Below, piece by piece: positions 49,990-61,153 of a stretch of 64,000 bases of DNA. The stretch is taken from contig CANAZY010000001.1 of NCBI GenBank assembly GCA_947365805.1, positions 29,221-93,220 of the forward strand, written 5' to 3'. The stretch is from an uncultured Clostridium sp. Lineage in GTDB: Bacteria; Bacillota; Clostridia; TANB77; CAG-508. Every line of letters starts with the position of its first letter. Positions within the stretch are counted from its first letter, which is position 1. Below the pieces are notes generated by a model, which worked only from the letters and a program-made list of their open reading frames with translations, was not told the origin of the DNA and made no database searches. The position numbers and the translations under genes were made by a program.

Positions 49990-52023
49990 TTAGTTTCCTA
50001 ATTCTTCAAAATATTCGTTTATTTTTCCGATTAATTCTTCTTTTACTTCTTGTTTTGTTTTTCCTTCTACTTGGGCTCCAGCAAGGGTAATGTGTCCTCC
50101 GCCTCCTAGTTTTTCTAGAATTACTTGAACATTGATGTCTCCTATCGAACGTCCACTAATGCATACTTTGCTTCCAACCGTTCCGATGACAAAGGATGCT
50201 GTTATATCACTGATGGTTAAAAGTTCATCTGCTGCTTTTGCACAAATAACTCCTGCGTCTTTGTTTTCTTGTTCGTAAATCGATATTGCAATGGTATCAT
50301 GAACAATTTCGGCTTCTTTTACAATATCCGATATGGTATTGTAGCTATCTAAATCACTTTGGAACCATTTTTTTACTTTGATAATATCAACACCACATTT
50401 TCGTAAATATGCTGCTGCTTCAAAGGTTCTAACACCTGTTTTAAAGGTAAAGTTTTTCGTGTCCATCATAATTCCTGCATATAGCCCTTCAATTTCAATG
50501 GTTTTCAATGTAATTGGTACTTCAACATATTGTAGCAATTCTGTTACCAACTCTGCAGCAGAAGATGCATATACTTCTTGAAAAGTTAGGGTTGCATCAT
50601 CAATATAATCTGTACTTCTTCTATGGTGGTCAATTACTACAATTTTATTGGTTTTTTCCAATAATTCTGGTACTTCCACATAACTTCTTTTATGGGTATC
50701 TACTACAATTAAAAGTGTTTCGCTTGCTATTTTTGATAATGCTTGTTGGGAATCAATAAAAATTTCTTCCTCTTCTTCTTTTTTGACGGATTCCATAAAG
50801 GTGTTAATGGTTAATCCTGTTGTTTGGTTTACAATTTTTACTTCTTTTCCAAGGCTTTTTGCAATTCTATATACTCCTAGACTAGAACCTAAGGAATCGA
50901 TGTCTCCGTTGGTGTGTCCCATAATCATAACATCACTTGCTTGCATCATTAATTCTTCTAATGCGTGTGCTACTGTTCTTGCTTTTACTTTGGTTCTTTT
51001 TTCTACTTCTTGTGCTCTTCCTCCAAAGAATAAGTATTTTTCGTTTTCACGAATAACTGCTTGGTCTCCTCCACGTCCTAAAACAATATCCATACCAGAT
51101 AATGCGGATTTGTATTTTTCATATTCGGTTGCACCTTCATTAGAAACCGAAATACTTAAGGTAATTTGTAAGCCACCTTCTAATTTTATTTCTTTTATTT
51201 CATCTAGAATTTGAAATTTATTTTCTTTTATTTTTTGTAGATATCGTTGTTCAAATACATAAACAAAGGTATCTCGATCCGATTTAATAACAACTCCTTT
51301 GGATTCAATTGCCCAATCGTAAATGCTTTTTTCTATTTTTGCAATCACTTCTGGTCTATCTTCTGTTTGAATTCGTTGTATCATTTCTTCGTAATTATCA
51401 ATCATGATAATTCCCATACAAATTTGTGCATCATTATATTTTTTAATTGCTTTTACATAGTCGGTATTATCAATAAAATATAGAAGAAGCATGTATTCTG
51501 ATTGATTTTTACGTTCATTACTTTTAGATTTTACATATTCGCCAATAATTTTATAATGTTTATAATCAATAATTTGCTCTTTTTGAATGGTTCTATCTTT
51601 GGTTCGATTACTATGTTGGTCTGCTATTTTTTCTTCTATTTCAACTTTAATTTCTTGTATTAACACATTTAATGTGTTTTCTATATCGACATTTTCAAAT
51701 TCGCTAACAAATTTTGAACTTTTCCATATGATATTTCCATCCGTTTCCATGATGATTAATGGAAATGGAGAATTGATTAATGTATTTTTGGCAGCAGAAT
51801 CTACGTTAATGGTTAATTCTTGGATATGTTCTGAAATTTCTGCCTTTCTTTTTTTACTGGTCCAGAAGGCATAAAAACAAATAAGGCCATATAGGATAAC
51901 CGCAGGCATAACAAATACTATTTGATAGCAACATATGATAATTAGTAATATCGCAATAATGACTAAATATATTTTTGTTTTTGAGTTAATGATTTCAAAG
52001 GTTCTTTTGTTTGAATTTTGCAT
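49990..52023 (-). CDS. gdpP: GdpP-like c-di-AMP phosphodiesterase (2 TM, degenerate GGDEF, DHH-DHHA1)
   Basis: N-terminal TM pair; DHH motif VIDHHRRS; GGGH DHHA1 motif; conserved position upstream of rplI-dnaB as in Bacillus (yybT-rplI-dnaC). Confidence 0.8.
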   Translation of the reverse strand: MQNSNKRTFEIINSKTKIYLVIIAILLIIICCYQIVFVMPAVILYGLICFYAFWTSKKRKAEISEHIQELTINVDSAAKNTLINSPFPLIIMETDGNIIWKSSKFVSEFENVDIENTLNVLIQEIKVEIEEKIADQHSNRTKDRTIQKEQIIDYKHYKIIGEYVKSKSNERKNQSEYMLLLYFIDNTDYVKAIKKYNDAQICMGIIMIDNYEEMIQRIQTEDRPEVIAKIEKSIYDWAIESKGVVIKSDRDTFVYVFEQRYLQKIKENKFQILDEIKEIKLEGGLQITLSISVSNEGATEYEKYKSALSGMDIVLGRGGDQAVIRENEKYLFFGGRAQEVEKRTKVKARTVAHALEELMMQASDVMIMGHTNGDIDSLGSSLGVYRIAKSLGKEVKIVNQTTGLTINTFMESVKKEEEEEIFIDSQQALSKIASETLLIVVDTHKRSYVEVPELLEKTNKIVVIDHHRRSTDYIDDATLTFQEVYASSAAELVTELLQYVEVPITLKTIEIEGLYAGIMMDTKNFTFKTGVRTFEAAAYLRKCGVDIIKVKKWFQSDLDSYNTISDIVKEAEIVHDTIAISIYEQENKDAGVICAKAADELLTISDITASFVIGTVGSKVCISGRSIGDINVQVILEKLGGGGHITLAGAQVEGKTKQEVKEELIGKINEYFEELGN

Positions 52024-52105
52024 AAATCCTCCTTTTATTCATAGTTCTATTGTACGCTTTTTCGTAAACTTTGTCAAGAAATACCTGACCAATATTCGCC
52101 TTTCT

Positions 52106-52132
52106 CAGTCGATGGGGGCATCGATTCCTACA
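52106..52132. repeat. degenerate type-A GC-rich repeat
   Basis: CAGTCGATGGGGGCATCGATTCCTACA. Confidence 0.6.
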
Positions 52133-52169
52133 ACATTTAACCTAAAATAGTGTAATTTTCTAGCATACA

Positions 52170-52197
52170 AAAAAAGAGGTTTCCCTCTTTTTTTGTA
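52170..52197. terminator. rho-independent terminator downstream of rpoC
   Basis: AAAAAGAGGTTTCCCTCTTTTTTTG. Confidence 0.8.
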
Positions 52198-52207
52198 CTT
52201 TATGAAA

Positions 52208-55200
52208 TTATTCTTCTACTGTCTCTTCTACTGTCTCTTCTTCTACATCTTCTATTGTTTCTTCGAATTCTGGTATTATATTGGTATCTAATTCTTCTTG
52301 TTCTGGAATTTCTTCTTGTTGTAGTTCTGTATTAATTTTAATACTTTTATATTTGTTCATTCCAGTTCCTGCTGGAATTAGTTTACCAATAATAACGTTT
52401 TCTTTTAATCCAATCAATGGATCTACTTTTCCTTTTATTGCAGCTTCTGTTAATACTCTGGTTGTTTCTTGGAAAGATGCTGCTGATAAGAAGGATTCTG
52501 TTGCAAGAGATGCTTTTGTGATACCTAGTAATGCACGTTTTCCACTTGCTGGACGTTTTCCTTCGTCTATTGCTTCTTTATTTTTGTCTTCAAATTCATA
52601 CATATCAACTAAAGAACCTGGGAACATATCGGTATCTCCATTGTCTTCTACTCTTACTTTCTTAAGCATTTGTCTACCAATAACTTCAACGTGTTTATCA
52701 TTAATATCAACACCTTGGTTACGATATACTTTTTGTACTTCTTGGATTAAGTATTCATATACACCTTCTGGTCCTTTGATTGTTAAGATTTCGTTTGGAT
52801 TAATTGAACCTTCTGTAATTTGGTCTCCTGATTCTAGTTCATCGCCATCTTTTACACGTAGTTTTGAACCAAATGGAATGGTATATGTTTTTGAATCGTC
52901 TTTGGAAGTTACAATAACTTCTTTCTTTTTCTTGTTTTCTGTAATTTTTACTTTTCCTGCAATTTCTGTAATAATTGCAAGTCCCTTTGGTTTTCTTGCT
53001 TCAAATAACTCTTCAACCCTAGGAAGACCTTGTGTAATATCTCCTCCTGCGACACCTCCTTGGTGGAAGGTTCTCATTGTAAGCTGTGTACCAGGCTCAC
53101 CGATGGATTGTGCAGCAATAATACCAACTGCTTCACCAATGTTAACTTCTGTTCTTGTAGCAAGACCCATTCCATAACATTTTGCACAAACTCCATGTTT
53201 TGAATGACATCCAAGTGCAGAACGTACTTTTACTTTTGTAAATCCTGCTTCTACAATTTTTTCTGCCACTTTTTCAGTAATCATGGTATTGGTATCAACA
53301 ATTACTTCTTTTGTTTTTGGGTCGATAATATCTTCTAATGGATATCTTCCTTCTAGTCTTTCTTGTAGTTTTTCAATGATTTGGTTTCCGTCTTTAATAT
53401 CAGAAACTTCAATTCCTTCACGTGTTCCACAATCATGTTCACGAACAATGATATCTTGTGAAACATCAACTAATCTTCTGGTTAAGTATCCAGAGTCAGC
53501 GGTTCTTAATGCCGTATCGGCAAGTCCTTTTCTTCCTCCGTGGCTTGATACGAAGTATTCTAGTGGGTCAAGTCCTTCTCTAAAAGAAGAACGAATTGGA
53601 ATTTCTACGGCTTTACCAGAGGTATTTGCCATAAGTCCACGCATACCTGCTACTTGGCGTAATTGGTTCATGTTACCACGAGCTCCAGATTCAATCATCA
53701 TATAAATTGGGTTTAATTCATCAAAGTTTTCTTGCATTGCACTAGATACATCTCCTGTTGCTTGTTCCCAAACTTTAATAACAGATTCATAACGTTCGTC
53801 TTCTGTAATTAAACCACGTTTATATTGTTTTGCAATTTGTTCTACTTTTTCTTCTGCTGCTGCTAAGATTTCTTGTTTCTTTTCTGGAATAACAATATCT
53901 TTTGTACTAACTGTGATAGCACCTTTTGTAGAATATTTGTATCCAGTTGATTTAATATAGTCTAATAATTCAGCAGCTCTTGATAATCCGTGAACATTAA
54001 TACATTTTGCAACAATTTTTCCTAAGTTCTTTTTAATAACTGGGAAATCGATTTCTAAATCAAATTCGTGTTCTGGATCGGTTCTATCGACAAATCCTAA
54101 ATCTTGTGGAATTCCTTGGTTGTAGATAACTCTTCCTACAGTTGTTTTTACTCGTTTTGAACGAATGCTTCCATCTTCATTTTCTTTATACATACGAATC
54201 CAAACAAGAGCATGTAGGCCTAAGTCTCCATTTGCATATGCCATTAGGGCTTCGTCTGTATCTTTATAGTAACTTCCTTCTCCTGGTTCTCCTGCAACTT
54301 CCATTGTTAAATAGTAGCTTCCTAAAATCATATCTTGTGTTGGAACAGTTACTGGTTTACCATCTTGTGGTTTTAGTAAGTTGTTGACAGATAACATTAA
54401 GTATCTTGCTTCTGCTTGTGCTTCTGGTGATAATGGAACGTGAACTGCCATTTGGTCACCATCGAAGTCAGCATTAAATGCTGTACATACTAATGGGTGA
54501 AGTTTGATTGCTCTTCCTTCTACTAATACTGGTTCAAATGCTTGAATACCAAGTCTATGTAGTGTTGGTGCACGGTTTAGCATAACTGGATGGTCTTTAA
54601 TAACTTCTTCTAAGATATCCCATACTTCTGGTCTTAATTTTTCTACCATTCTTTTTGCATTTTTAATGTTATGGGCAATTCCTCTTCCTACTAATTCTTT
54701 CATAACAAATGGTTTAAATAATTCAACTGCCATTTCTTTTGGAAGACCACATTGGTATATTTTTAGTTCTGGTCCTACAACGATAACGGAACGTCCAGAG
54801 TAGTCAACACGTTTTCCAAGTAAGTTTTGACGGAAACGTCCTTGTTTTCCTTTTAATAGGTCAGATAATGATTTTAATGGTCTGTTTCCTGCTCCTGTAA
54901 CAGGTCTTCCACGTCTTCCATTATCGATTAAGGCATCTACTGATTCTTGTAACATTCTTTTTTCGTTTCTTACAATAATTTCTGGTGCTCCTAATTCTAA
55001 TAGTCTTTTTAGACGATTGTTACGGTTAATCACACGACGGTATAAATCGTTTAAGTCTGATGTTGCAAAACGTCCACCATCTAATTGTACCATTGGTCTT
55101 AAATCTGGTGGGATAACTGGTACAACATTCATTACCATCCATTCTGGTTTGTTTCCAGAAATTCTAAAAGATTCTACGGTGTCTAAACGTTTGATTAGTT

Positions 55201-55816
55201 TTACTCTTTTTTGTTCACTAGCATTTTCTAATTCTTTCTTTAATTTTACTGTTAATTTTTCTACATCAATTTCTTGTAGTAATTTTTGGATTGCTTCTGC
55301 TCCCATTTCTGCTTTGAAAGTACCTTTTCCGTATTTCTCTACGGCATCATGATATTCTTTTTCGGTTAATACTTGTGCTTTCATTAATCCGGATGTTCCT
55401 TTGTCTGTTACAATGTAAGAGGCAAAGTAAATTACTTTTTCCAGGCTTCTTGGTGAAATGTCTAGCATTAAGGCTACTCTACTTGGTATTCCTTTAAAGT
55501 ACCAAATGTGAGCAACTGGTGCTGCAAGTTCGATGTGTCCCATTCTTTCTCTTCTTACTTTTGCTTTGGTTACTTCTACTCCACAACGGTCACAAACAAT
55601 TCCTTTATAACGAACTCTTTTATATTTACCACAATGACATTCCCAATCTTTTGTTGGACCAAAGATTCTTTCACAAAATAGTCCATCTTTTTCTGGTTTT
55701 AATGTTCTATAGTTAATGGTTTCTGGTTTTTTAACTTCTCCTTTTGACCATTCTCTAACTTTTTCGTCGGATGCTAGCCCAATTTTTAATTTATCAAATA
55801 TTTCTAATTCATCCAC
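52208..55816 (-). CDS. rpoC: DNA-directed RNA polymerase subunit beta'
   Basis: 1202 aa; NADFDGDQM catalytic motif; Zn-finger Cys clusters. Confidence 0.95.
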   Translation of the reverse strand: MDELEIFDKLKIGLASDEKVREWSKGEVKKPETINYRTLKPEKDGLFCERIFGPTKDWECHCGKYKRVRYKGIVCDRCGVEVTKAKVRRERMGHIELAAPVAHIWYFKGIPSRVALMLDISPRSLEKVIYFASYIVTDKGTSGLMKAQVLTEKEYHDAVEKYGKGTFKAEMGAEAIQKLLQEIDVEKLTVKLKKELENASEQKRVKLIKRLDTVESFRISGNKPEWMVMNVVPVIPPDLRPMVQLDGGRFATSDLNDLYRRVINRNNRLKRLLELGAPEIIVRNEKRMLQESVDALIDNGRRGRPVTGAGNRPLKSLSDLLKGKQGRFRQNLLGKRVDYSGRSVIVVGPELKIYQCGLPKEMAVELFKPFVMKELVGRGIAHNIKNAKRMVEKLRPEVWDILEEVIKDHPVMLNRAPTLHRLGIQAFEPVLVEGRAIKLHPLVCTAFNADFDGDQMAVHVPLSPEAQAEARYLMLSVNNLLKPQDGKPVTVPTQDMILGSYYLTMEVAGEPGEGSYYKDTDEALMAYANGDLGLHALVWIRMYKENEDGSIRSKRVKTTVGRVIYNQGIPQDLGFVDRTDPEHEFDLEIDFPVIKKNLGKIVAKCINVHGLSRAAELLDYIKSTGYKYSTKGAITVSTKDIVIPEKKQEILAAAEEKVEQIAKQYKRGLITEDERYESVIKVWEQATGDVSSAMQENFDELNPIYMMIESGARGNMNQLRQVAGMRGLMANTSGKAVEIPIRSSFREGLDPLEYFVSSHGGRKGLADTALRTADSGYLTRRLVDVSQDIIVREHDCGTREGIEVSDIKDGNQIIEKLQERLEGRYPLEDIIDPKTKEVIVDTNTMITEKVAEKIVEAGFTKVKVRSALGCHSKHGVCAKCYGMGLATRTEVNIGEAVGIIAAQSIGEPGTQLTMRTFHQGGVAGGDITQGLPRVEELFEARKPKGLAIITEIAGKVKITENKKKKEVIVTSKDDSKTYTIPFGSKLRVKDGDELESGDQITEGSINPNEILTIKGPEGVYEYLIQEVQKVYRNQGVDINDKHVEVIGRQMLKKVRVEDNGDTDMFPGSLVDMYEFEDKNKEAIDEGKRPASGKRALLGITKASLATESFLSAASFQETTRVLTEAAIKGKVDPLIGLKENVIIGKLIPAGTGMNKYKSIKINTELQQEEIPEQEELDTNIIPEFEETIEDVEEETVEETVEE

Positions 55817-55880
55817 TGTTTTTATTTTTCTCCCTTCCGGTTTGGATTTTTTGGTAGAGGGTAATTTTTTTGTCTACCCA

Positions 55881-56031
55881 TGGGTGGACACAAGGCCCAC
55901 CCCTACATTTTTATTCATAATTTAATAAAATAATATAACACTGCTGTACAATTCATTTTTTTAATTATTTTATTTTCATGAATATGGATATTCAATTGGT
56001 TTTATTGTAGGGGCGGGCCTTGTGTCCGCCC
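55881..56031. repeat. inverted pair of GC-rich repeats (type D, GGACACAAGGCCCNCCCCTACA) in the rpoB-rpoC intergenic region
   Basis: TGGGTGGACACAAGGCCCACCCCTACA at 55881 and its reverse complement TGTAGGGGCGGGCCTTGTGTCCGCCC at 56006. Confidence 0.8.
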
Positions 56032-56053
56032 TCTTTTTATGCACGTATGCATT

Positions 56054-59000
56054 TTACTCTTCATCGTCTAAAATGTCATTGTCGTTCATTAAGTTGTCTT
56101 CTCCTAAATCGGTATCGTCTAATAACATTTCGTCTTCATCATCTAAGATTGGATCGAATAATTCATCGCTTTCTTCTTCGTCATCTAAGATTTCATTTCC
56201 TTCTTCATCTTCTTCTATATAACCATCTGCTAGTTCGTCTTCTAATAAGACATTTTGCGATTTTTCTCTTTCTGGCGTGTATTCAATTCCTTCTTCGATA
56301 TTTTCTTTTAGTTCTAGTTCTTGGTTGTCTTCTGAATATAGACGAACGTCTAATCCTAAACTTTGTAGTTCTTTTACTAATACTTTGAAGCTCTCTGGAA
56401 CTCCTGGTTCTGGTACATTTTCACCTTTTACGATTGCTTCATAGGTTTTTACACGTCCTACTGTATCATCTGATTTTACAGTTAAGATTTCTTGTAGAGT
56501 ATGTGCTGCACCATATGCTTCTAGTGCCCAAACTTCCATTTCTCCAAAACGTTGTCCACCAAATTGTGCTTTTCCTCCAAGTGGTTGTTGTGTTACTAAT
56601 GAGTATGGTCCTGTTGAACGAGCATGGATTTTATCATCTACTAAGTGGTGTAGTTTTAACATGTACATAACACCAACGGTTACTGGATGGTCAAATTTTT
56701 CTCCAGTTCTTCCATCATATAGTGTTACTTTTCCATCTGGTGTACGTCCTGCTTGTTCTAATAGTTCTGTAATTTCGTCTTCCTCAGCTCCGTCAAATAC
56801 TGGTGTTGCAACTTTCCATCCAAGTTCTCTTGCTGCTGCACCTAAGTGTACTTCTAGCACTTGCCCTAAGTTCATACGAGATGGTACACCAAGTGGGTTA
56901 AGTACAATATCTACTGGAGTTCCATCTGGCATAAATGGCATGTCTTCTACTGGTAAGATTCTTGATACAACACCTTTGTTTCCGTGACGTCCAGCCATTT
57001 TATCTCCTACTGAGATTTTTCTTTTTTGTGCGATGTAACAACGAATGACTTGGTTTACTCCTGGTGCTAATTCGTCTGAATTATCTCTTGTAAAGATTTT
57101 TACATCTACAATGGTTCCTTCTTCTCCATGTGGTACACGAAGTGATGTATCTCTTACTTCTCTTGCTTTTTCTCCAAATATGGCACGAAGTAATCTTTCT
57201 TCTGCGGTTAGTTCTGTTTCTCCTTTTGGTGTTACTTTTCCAACTAGGATATCTCCTGGTCTTACTTCTGCACCAATACGAATAATTCCGTTTTCATCTA
57301 AGTCTTTTAAGCTGTCTTCTCCAACGTTTGGAATATCTCTTGTGATTTCTTCTGGTCCAAGTTTGGTATCTCTACATTCACAATCGTATTCTTCAATGTG
57401 GATAGAAGTATATACGTCTTCTTTTACTAATCTTTCACTAATTAATACAGCATCTTCGTAGTTGTAACCTTCCCATGTTGCAAATGCAATTAATACGTTT
57501 TTACCAAGTGCCATTTCTCCTTTATCTGTAGATGGTCCATCGGCAATCACATCTCCTGCTTTTACTTTTTCGCCTTTTACAACGATTGGTCTTTGGTTAA
57601 TACAGGTTCCTCCATTGGTTCTTTTGAACTTACGTAAGTGGTAAGTTTCTAATTCTCCTTTATCGGTTTTTAAAACGATTTCATCACCAGTTACTTTTTG
57701 AATGGTTCCGTTTGATTTTGCGATTTGCATAATGCCAGAGTCTTTTGCTGCTCTGTATTCAATTCCTGTTCCTACGATTGGCGATTCTGGAACAAGTAGT
57801 GGAACTGCTTGACGTTGCATGTTAGCACCCATTAATGCACGGTGAGCATCATCGTGCTCTAAGAATGGTATCATAGCAGCACCAACAGATACTAATTGTT
57901 TTGGTGAAACATCTACATAGTCTACCATTTCAGGTGAAACTTCTTCAATGTCGTCTAAGTGTCTTACTTTGATTTTTTTGCTTACAAAATTTCCATCTGC
58001 ATCGATTTTTTCAGATGCTTGTGCAATTCTTGCTCCTTCTTCATCTTCTGCACTTAAGTATATGACTTCGTTAGTTACTTTATGGGTCTCTGGATTTACT
58101 TTTACATATGGTGTTTCTACAAATCCATATTCATTGATGATAGCAAAAGAAGTTAATGCTGAAATTAATCCAATGTTTGGTCCTTCTGGAGATTCGATTG
58201 GACATAAACGTCCATAATGAGTATAGTGAACATCTCTTACTTCGAATCCTGCTCTTTCTCTTGAAAGTCCTCCAGGTCCTAAGGCAGATACCCTTCTTTT
58301 ATGGGTTAATTCAGATAATGGGTTTGTTTGGTCCATGAATTGTGATAATTGTGAGCTTCCAAAGAATTCACGAATTGATGATGTGATTGGTTTTGTGTTA
58401 ATTAAGGTTTGTGGTGTTACAACATCTAAGTCTTGAATGGTCATTCTTTCACGAACAACTCTTTCAAGTCTTGTTAAACCAATTCTGAATTGGTTTTGTA
58501 GTAATTCACCAACACAACGAATACGTCTATTTCCTAAGTGGTCAATATCATCTAAATATCCTAATCCATGTTGTAAGTTTGTAATATAGTTAACAGATGC
58601 AATGATGTCTTCTGTGGTAATGTGTTTTGGAACTAGTTCGTCAATTCTTTCTTTTACCATTTTTTCAACATCTTTTGGGTCTGTGTTTTCTAATATGTTT
58701 TGTAATACTGTGTAATTTACTTCTTCTTTTATGATGGTACTTTTTAAGTCAACATATTCGTGAATATCCACAGTACCATTACCGATTACTTTTACATTTT
58801 TATCTCCAATTTTTACTTCTACAGAGTTAATTCCTGCATTTTGAATAGCTCTAGCTATTTCTAGGGTAATCGCATTATCTTTTTCTACTAATACTTCTCC
58901 TGTGGCTGGATTGATGATGTCTGCTGCTGCAATTTGGTTTTTAATTCTTCCAGCTAATCCTAATTTTTTGTTGAATTTATATCTTCCAACTTTTGCAAGG

Positions 59001-59803
59001 TCATATCTTCTATTATCAAAGAATAATCCACTAAATAGGTTTCTTGCAGCATCTACAGATGGAAGTTCTCCTGGTCTTAATTTTTTGTAGATTTCAATTA
59101 AAGCTTCGTCTGCTGTCTTAATTGCGTCTTTATTGATGGTTGCAACAATCTTATCTTCTTCTCCAAATACCTCTAAAATTTGAGCATCTGTTTCTAGTCC
59201 AATTGCTCTTAATAAACAGGTTACTGGTAGTTTTCTTGTTCTGTCAATTCGAACATAGAATATATCGTTTGAATCGGTTTCATATTCAATCCATGCTCCA
59301 CGAATTGGCATAACGGTTGATGTGAAAACTTTTTTACCAGTTTTGTCGTAGTCGGAATCGTAGTAACATCCTGGTGAACGTACTAATTGGCTAACAACAA
59401 CTCTTTCTGCACCATTGATGACAAATGTTCCACTATCTGTCATAAGTGGGAAGTCACCTAAATAAATTTCTTGTTCTTTAATTTCTCCTGTTTCTCGATT
59501 GATTAAACGAACTTTTACATGTAATCTTGTTGAATATGTAGCGTCTCTTTCTTTTGCTTCTTCTAATGTGTATTTTGTCTTTTCTTCCATGTAATAATCG
59601 AAAAACTCTAATACTAGATTTCCAGTATAATCAATAATTGGCGAAATGTCTCTTAATACTTCTCCAAGTCCTTCTTCTACAAACCAGTTGTAAGAGTCTT
59701 TTTGTACTTGGATTAAATTTGGCATTTCGATACTGTCTTCTGTTTTTGCAAACGTTTTTCTAACACATTTTTCGTGTTTTACGTCTTTTACCAAAAAAAT
59801 CAC
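56054..59803 (-). CDS. rpoB: DNA-directed RNA polymerase subunit beta
   Basis: 1249 aa; conserved rifampicin-cluster and catalytic blocks, plus an acidic C-terminal tail. Confidence 0.95.
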   Translation of the reverse strand: MIFLVKDVKHEKCVRKTFAKTEDSIEMPNLIQVQKDSYNWFVEEGLGEVLRDISPIIDYTGNLVLEFFDYYMEEKTKYTLEEAKERDATYSTRLHVKVRLINRETGEIKEQEIYLGDFPLMTDSGTFVINGAERVVVSQLVRSPGCYYDSDYDKTGKKVFTSTVMPIRGAWIEYETDSNDIFYVRIDRTRKLPVTCLLRAIGLETDAQILEVFGEEDKIVATINKDAIKTADEALIEIYKKLRPGELPSVDAARNLFSGLFFDNRRYDLAKVGRYKFNKKLGLAGRIKNQIAAADIINPATGEVLVEKDNAITLEIARAIQNAGINSVEVKIGDKNVKVIGNGTVDIHEYVDLKSTIIKEEVNYTVLQNILENTDPKDVEKMVKERIDELVPKHITTEDIIASVNYITNLQHGLGYLDDIDHLGNRRIRCVGELLQNQFRIGLTRLERVVRERMTIQDLDVVTPQTLINTKPITSSIREFFGSSQLSQFMDQTNPLSELTHKRRVSALGPGGLSRERAGFEVRDVHYTHYGRLCPIESPEGPNIGLISALTSFAIINEYGFVETPYVKVNPETHKVTNEVIYLSAEDEEGARIAQASEKIDADGNFVSKKIKVRHLDDIEEVSPEMVDYVDVSPKQLVSVGAAMIPFLEHDDAHRALMGANMQRQAVPLLVPESPIVGTGIEYRAAKDSGIMQIAKSNGTIQKVTGDEIVLKTDKGELETYHLRKFKRTNGGTCINQRPIVVKGEKVKAGDVIADGPSTDKGEMALGKNVLIAFATWEGYNYEDAVLISERLVKEDVYTSIHIEEYDCECRDTKLGPEEITRDIPNVGEDSLKDLDENGIIRIGAEVRPGDILVGKVTPKGETELTAEERLLRAIFGEKAREVRDTSLRVPHGEEGTIVDVKIFTRDNSDELAPGVNQVIRCYIAQKRKISVGDKMAGRHGNKGVVSRILPVEDMPFMPDGTPVDIVLNPLGVPSRMNLGQVLEVHLGAAARELGWKVATPVFDGAEEDEITELLEQAGRTPDGKVTLYDGRTGEKFDHPVTVGVMYMLKLHHLVDDKIHARSTGPYSLVTQQPLGGKAQFGGQRFGEMEVWALEAYGAAHTLQEILTVKSDDTVGRVKTYEAIVKGENVPEPGVPESFKVLVKELQSLGLDVRLYSEDNQELELKENIEEGIEYTPEREKSQNVLLEDELADGYIEEDEEGNEILDDEEESDELFDPILDDEDEMLLDDTDLGEDNLMNDNDILDDEE

Positions 59804-60059
59804 CTCTATATTAAATTAAGCAGAAAATTTGAAATTTGCATTCCAGGAAATTTAGAATGCTTTTTAAGATTAAAATCTATTTATCAAGAAGTCCTTCTTA
59901 AACTAAGTTTCTGTCACAATTTCTAATACGGTTACTGCTCTTTTCCTCTTAGAAATAGGCTTACTACAAAGCTTAATTCCTCTTCTTGTTAAATTTAAAA
60001 GAATTGTTACTTTATATCAAAAACAATATAAAAAAGATGATATAATTCGTAACTAAAAA

Positions 60060-60089
60060 ATTATATCATCTTTTCTTGCGGTTTGTCAA
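60060..60089 (-). promoter_or_regulatory. candidate sigma-A promoter for rpoB-rpoC (TTGACA - 18 nt - TATAAT)
   Basis: Minus-strand TTGACAAACCGCAAGAAAAGATGATATAAT; a 14-bp perfect inverted repeat (60034-60047 / 60059-60072) overlaps the -10. Confidence 0.5.
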
Positions 60090-60148
60090 GGTTTTGCCGG
60101 ATTTTTTGGTATTTTTTTATGATATTAATTTTAAAATTTGGTTCGCAT

Positions 60149-60190
60149 AGACACAGAAAAAAACCCTATTTCAGGGTTTTTTCTGTGTCT
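60149..60190. terminator. bidirectional rho-independent terminator
   Basis: AGACACAGAAAAAAACCC-TATTTCA-GGGTTTTTTCTGTGTCT perfect 18-bp stem. Confidence 0.8.
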
Positions 60191-60950
60191 CTTTCATTTT
60201 TTCAAACTGTTTTAAGGAATCCTTTGTTGCATCCTGAGGCTGGAAATTGGGATGTTTCTTAATCTTCTCCACCATTTCCATGTACCTAGATACCATGAAC
60301 TTAGACCAATTAAGCTGATTTCTATTCATATTCTCTTGTTGCTGTTGTTCCTTTTTTATCCTTTCTACCTCAGTAATTAACATTTTATTCAAAATGTCGT
60401 TTGAGGTCTTTGAATCTTTTGCAACAATAAAACGAACAAAAACATCCGCCGCTTTGCTCATCTTTTTTCTCTTTTCTTCGTCCATTTCAAAATTAGGATG
60501 AGCAAGAAGCTCTTGCACTTGTCCATTTGCAACTTTTTTTAGAAGTAGCTTGTCAAACAGCTCATTCAAAATATCTGAAGGTGTTTCTTTATCTTTTATC
60601 AACACTTTCCACGCCCTAGGGTATTCTGATAATATCAATCTTCTTTTTTCATCTGTCCCTTTGAAATCTGGGCAGCCCCAAAGCGTCCAAATATCTGCCT
60701 CTATATCACCTTTTAGTATTCTTATGAACAATTCCTCTGAGGACTCCTCTAAGTACTCCTCAAAAGATGTAATGGGCCGCATCTTCACTTTAGGCTTCTC
60801 TCGAATCCCTAACCGCCTATGAATCTGTAACTCCCTTTCATAATCTCTTTGTCGCATCTTCAAGGCTTGTTTTCGTAAGAAAAATTCCTCTAAGAAAGGG
60901 CTTTTGTTCCGCCTCCTCACTTCCTGCCTAGAATCATATTTCATCTTCAT
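60171..60950 (-). CDS. hypothetical protein in a GC-richer, foreign-looking gene with Arg/Lys/Glu-rich coiled segments
   Basis: 259-aa ORF; heavy use of AGG/CGG/CGA Arg codons, unlike its neighbours. In-frame CGG codons (agg cgg aac; agg cgg tta; atg cgg ccc) must be read as sense for the ORF to exist. Confidence 0.45.
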   Translation of the reverse strand: MKMKYDSRQEVRRRNKSPFLEEFFLRKQALKMRQRDYERELQIHRRLGIREKPKVKMRPITSFEEYLEESSEELFIRILKGDIEADIWTLWGCPDFKGTDEKRRLILSEYPRAWKVLIKDKETPSDILNELFDKLLLKKVANGQVQELLAHPNFEMDEEKRKKMSKAADVFVRFIVAKDSKTSNDILNKMLITEVERIKKEQQQQENMNRNQLNWSKFMVSRYMEMVEKIKKHPNFQPQDATKDSLKQFEKMKETQKKP

Positions 60951-61153
60951 GTCTCTACCTCCTTAATTTTTAAGACTTGATACTCCTTTTCCACACCATT
61001 ATATAATATTTTACATAATATTTCAACTAATTTTAGATAGGTTAAATATAATTTCGTATCTTATATTTATTTTACCATCTACTACTTTTGTAGTAAGACA
61101 GGAACTAAATAAAAATAGGAGAGTTCTTTATAGCAACTCTCCTATCTTTATTA

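Noticed and set aside
865-56031. GC-rich repeats as a CRISPR array
   Set aside because: Copies are heterogeneous subtypes, irregularly spaced by whole genes, often inverted, and not separated by uniform spacers. No cas genes are present.
60171-60950. Calling the 259-aa basic/acidic protein a phage or histone-like DNA-binding protein
   Set aside because: Only a composition and codon-usage impression; there is no motif I can name. It is left as hypothetical.
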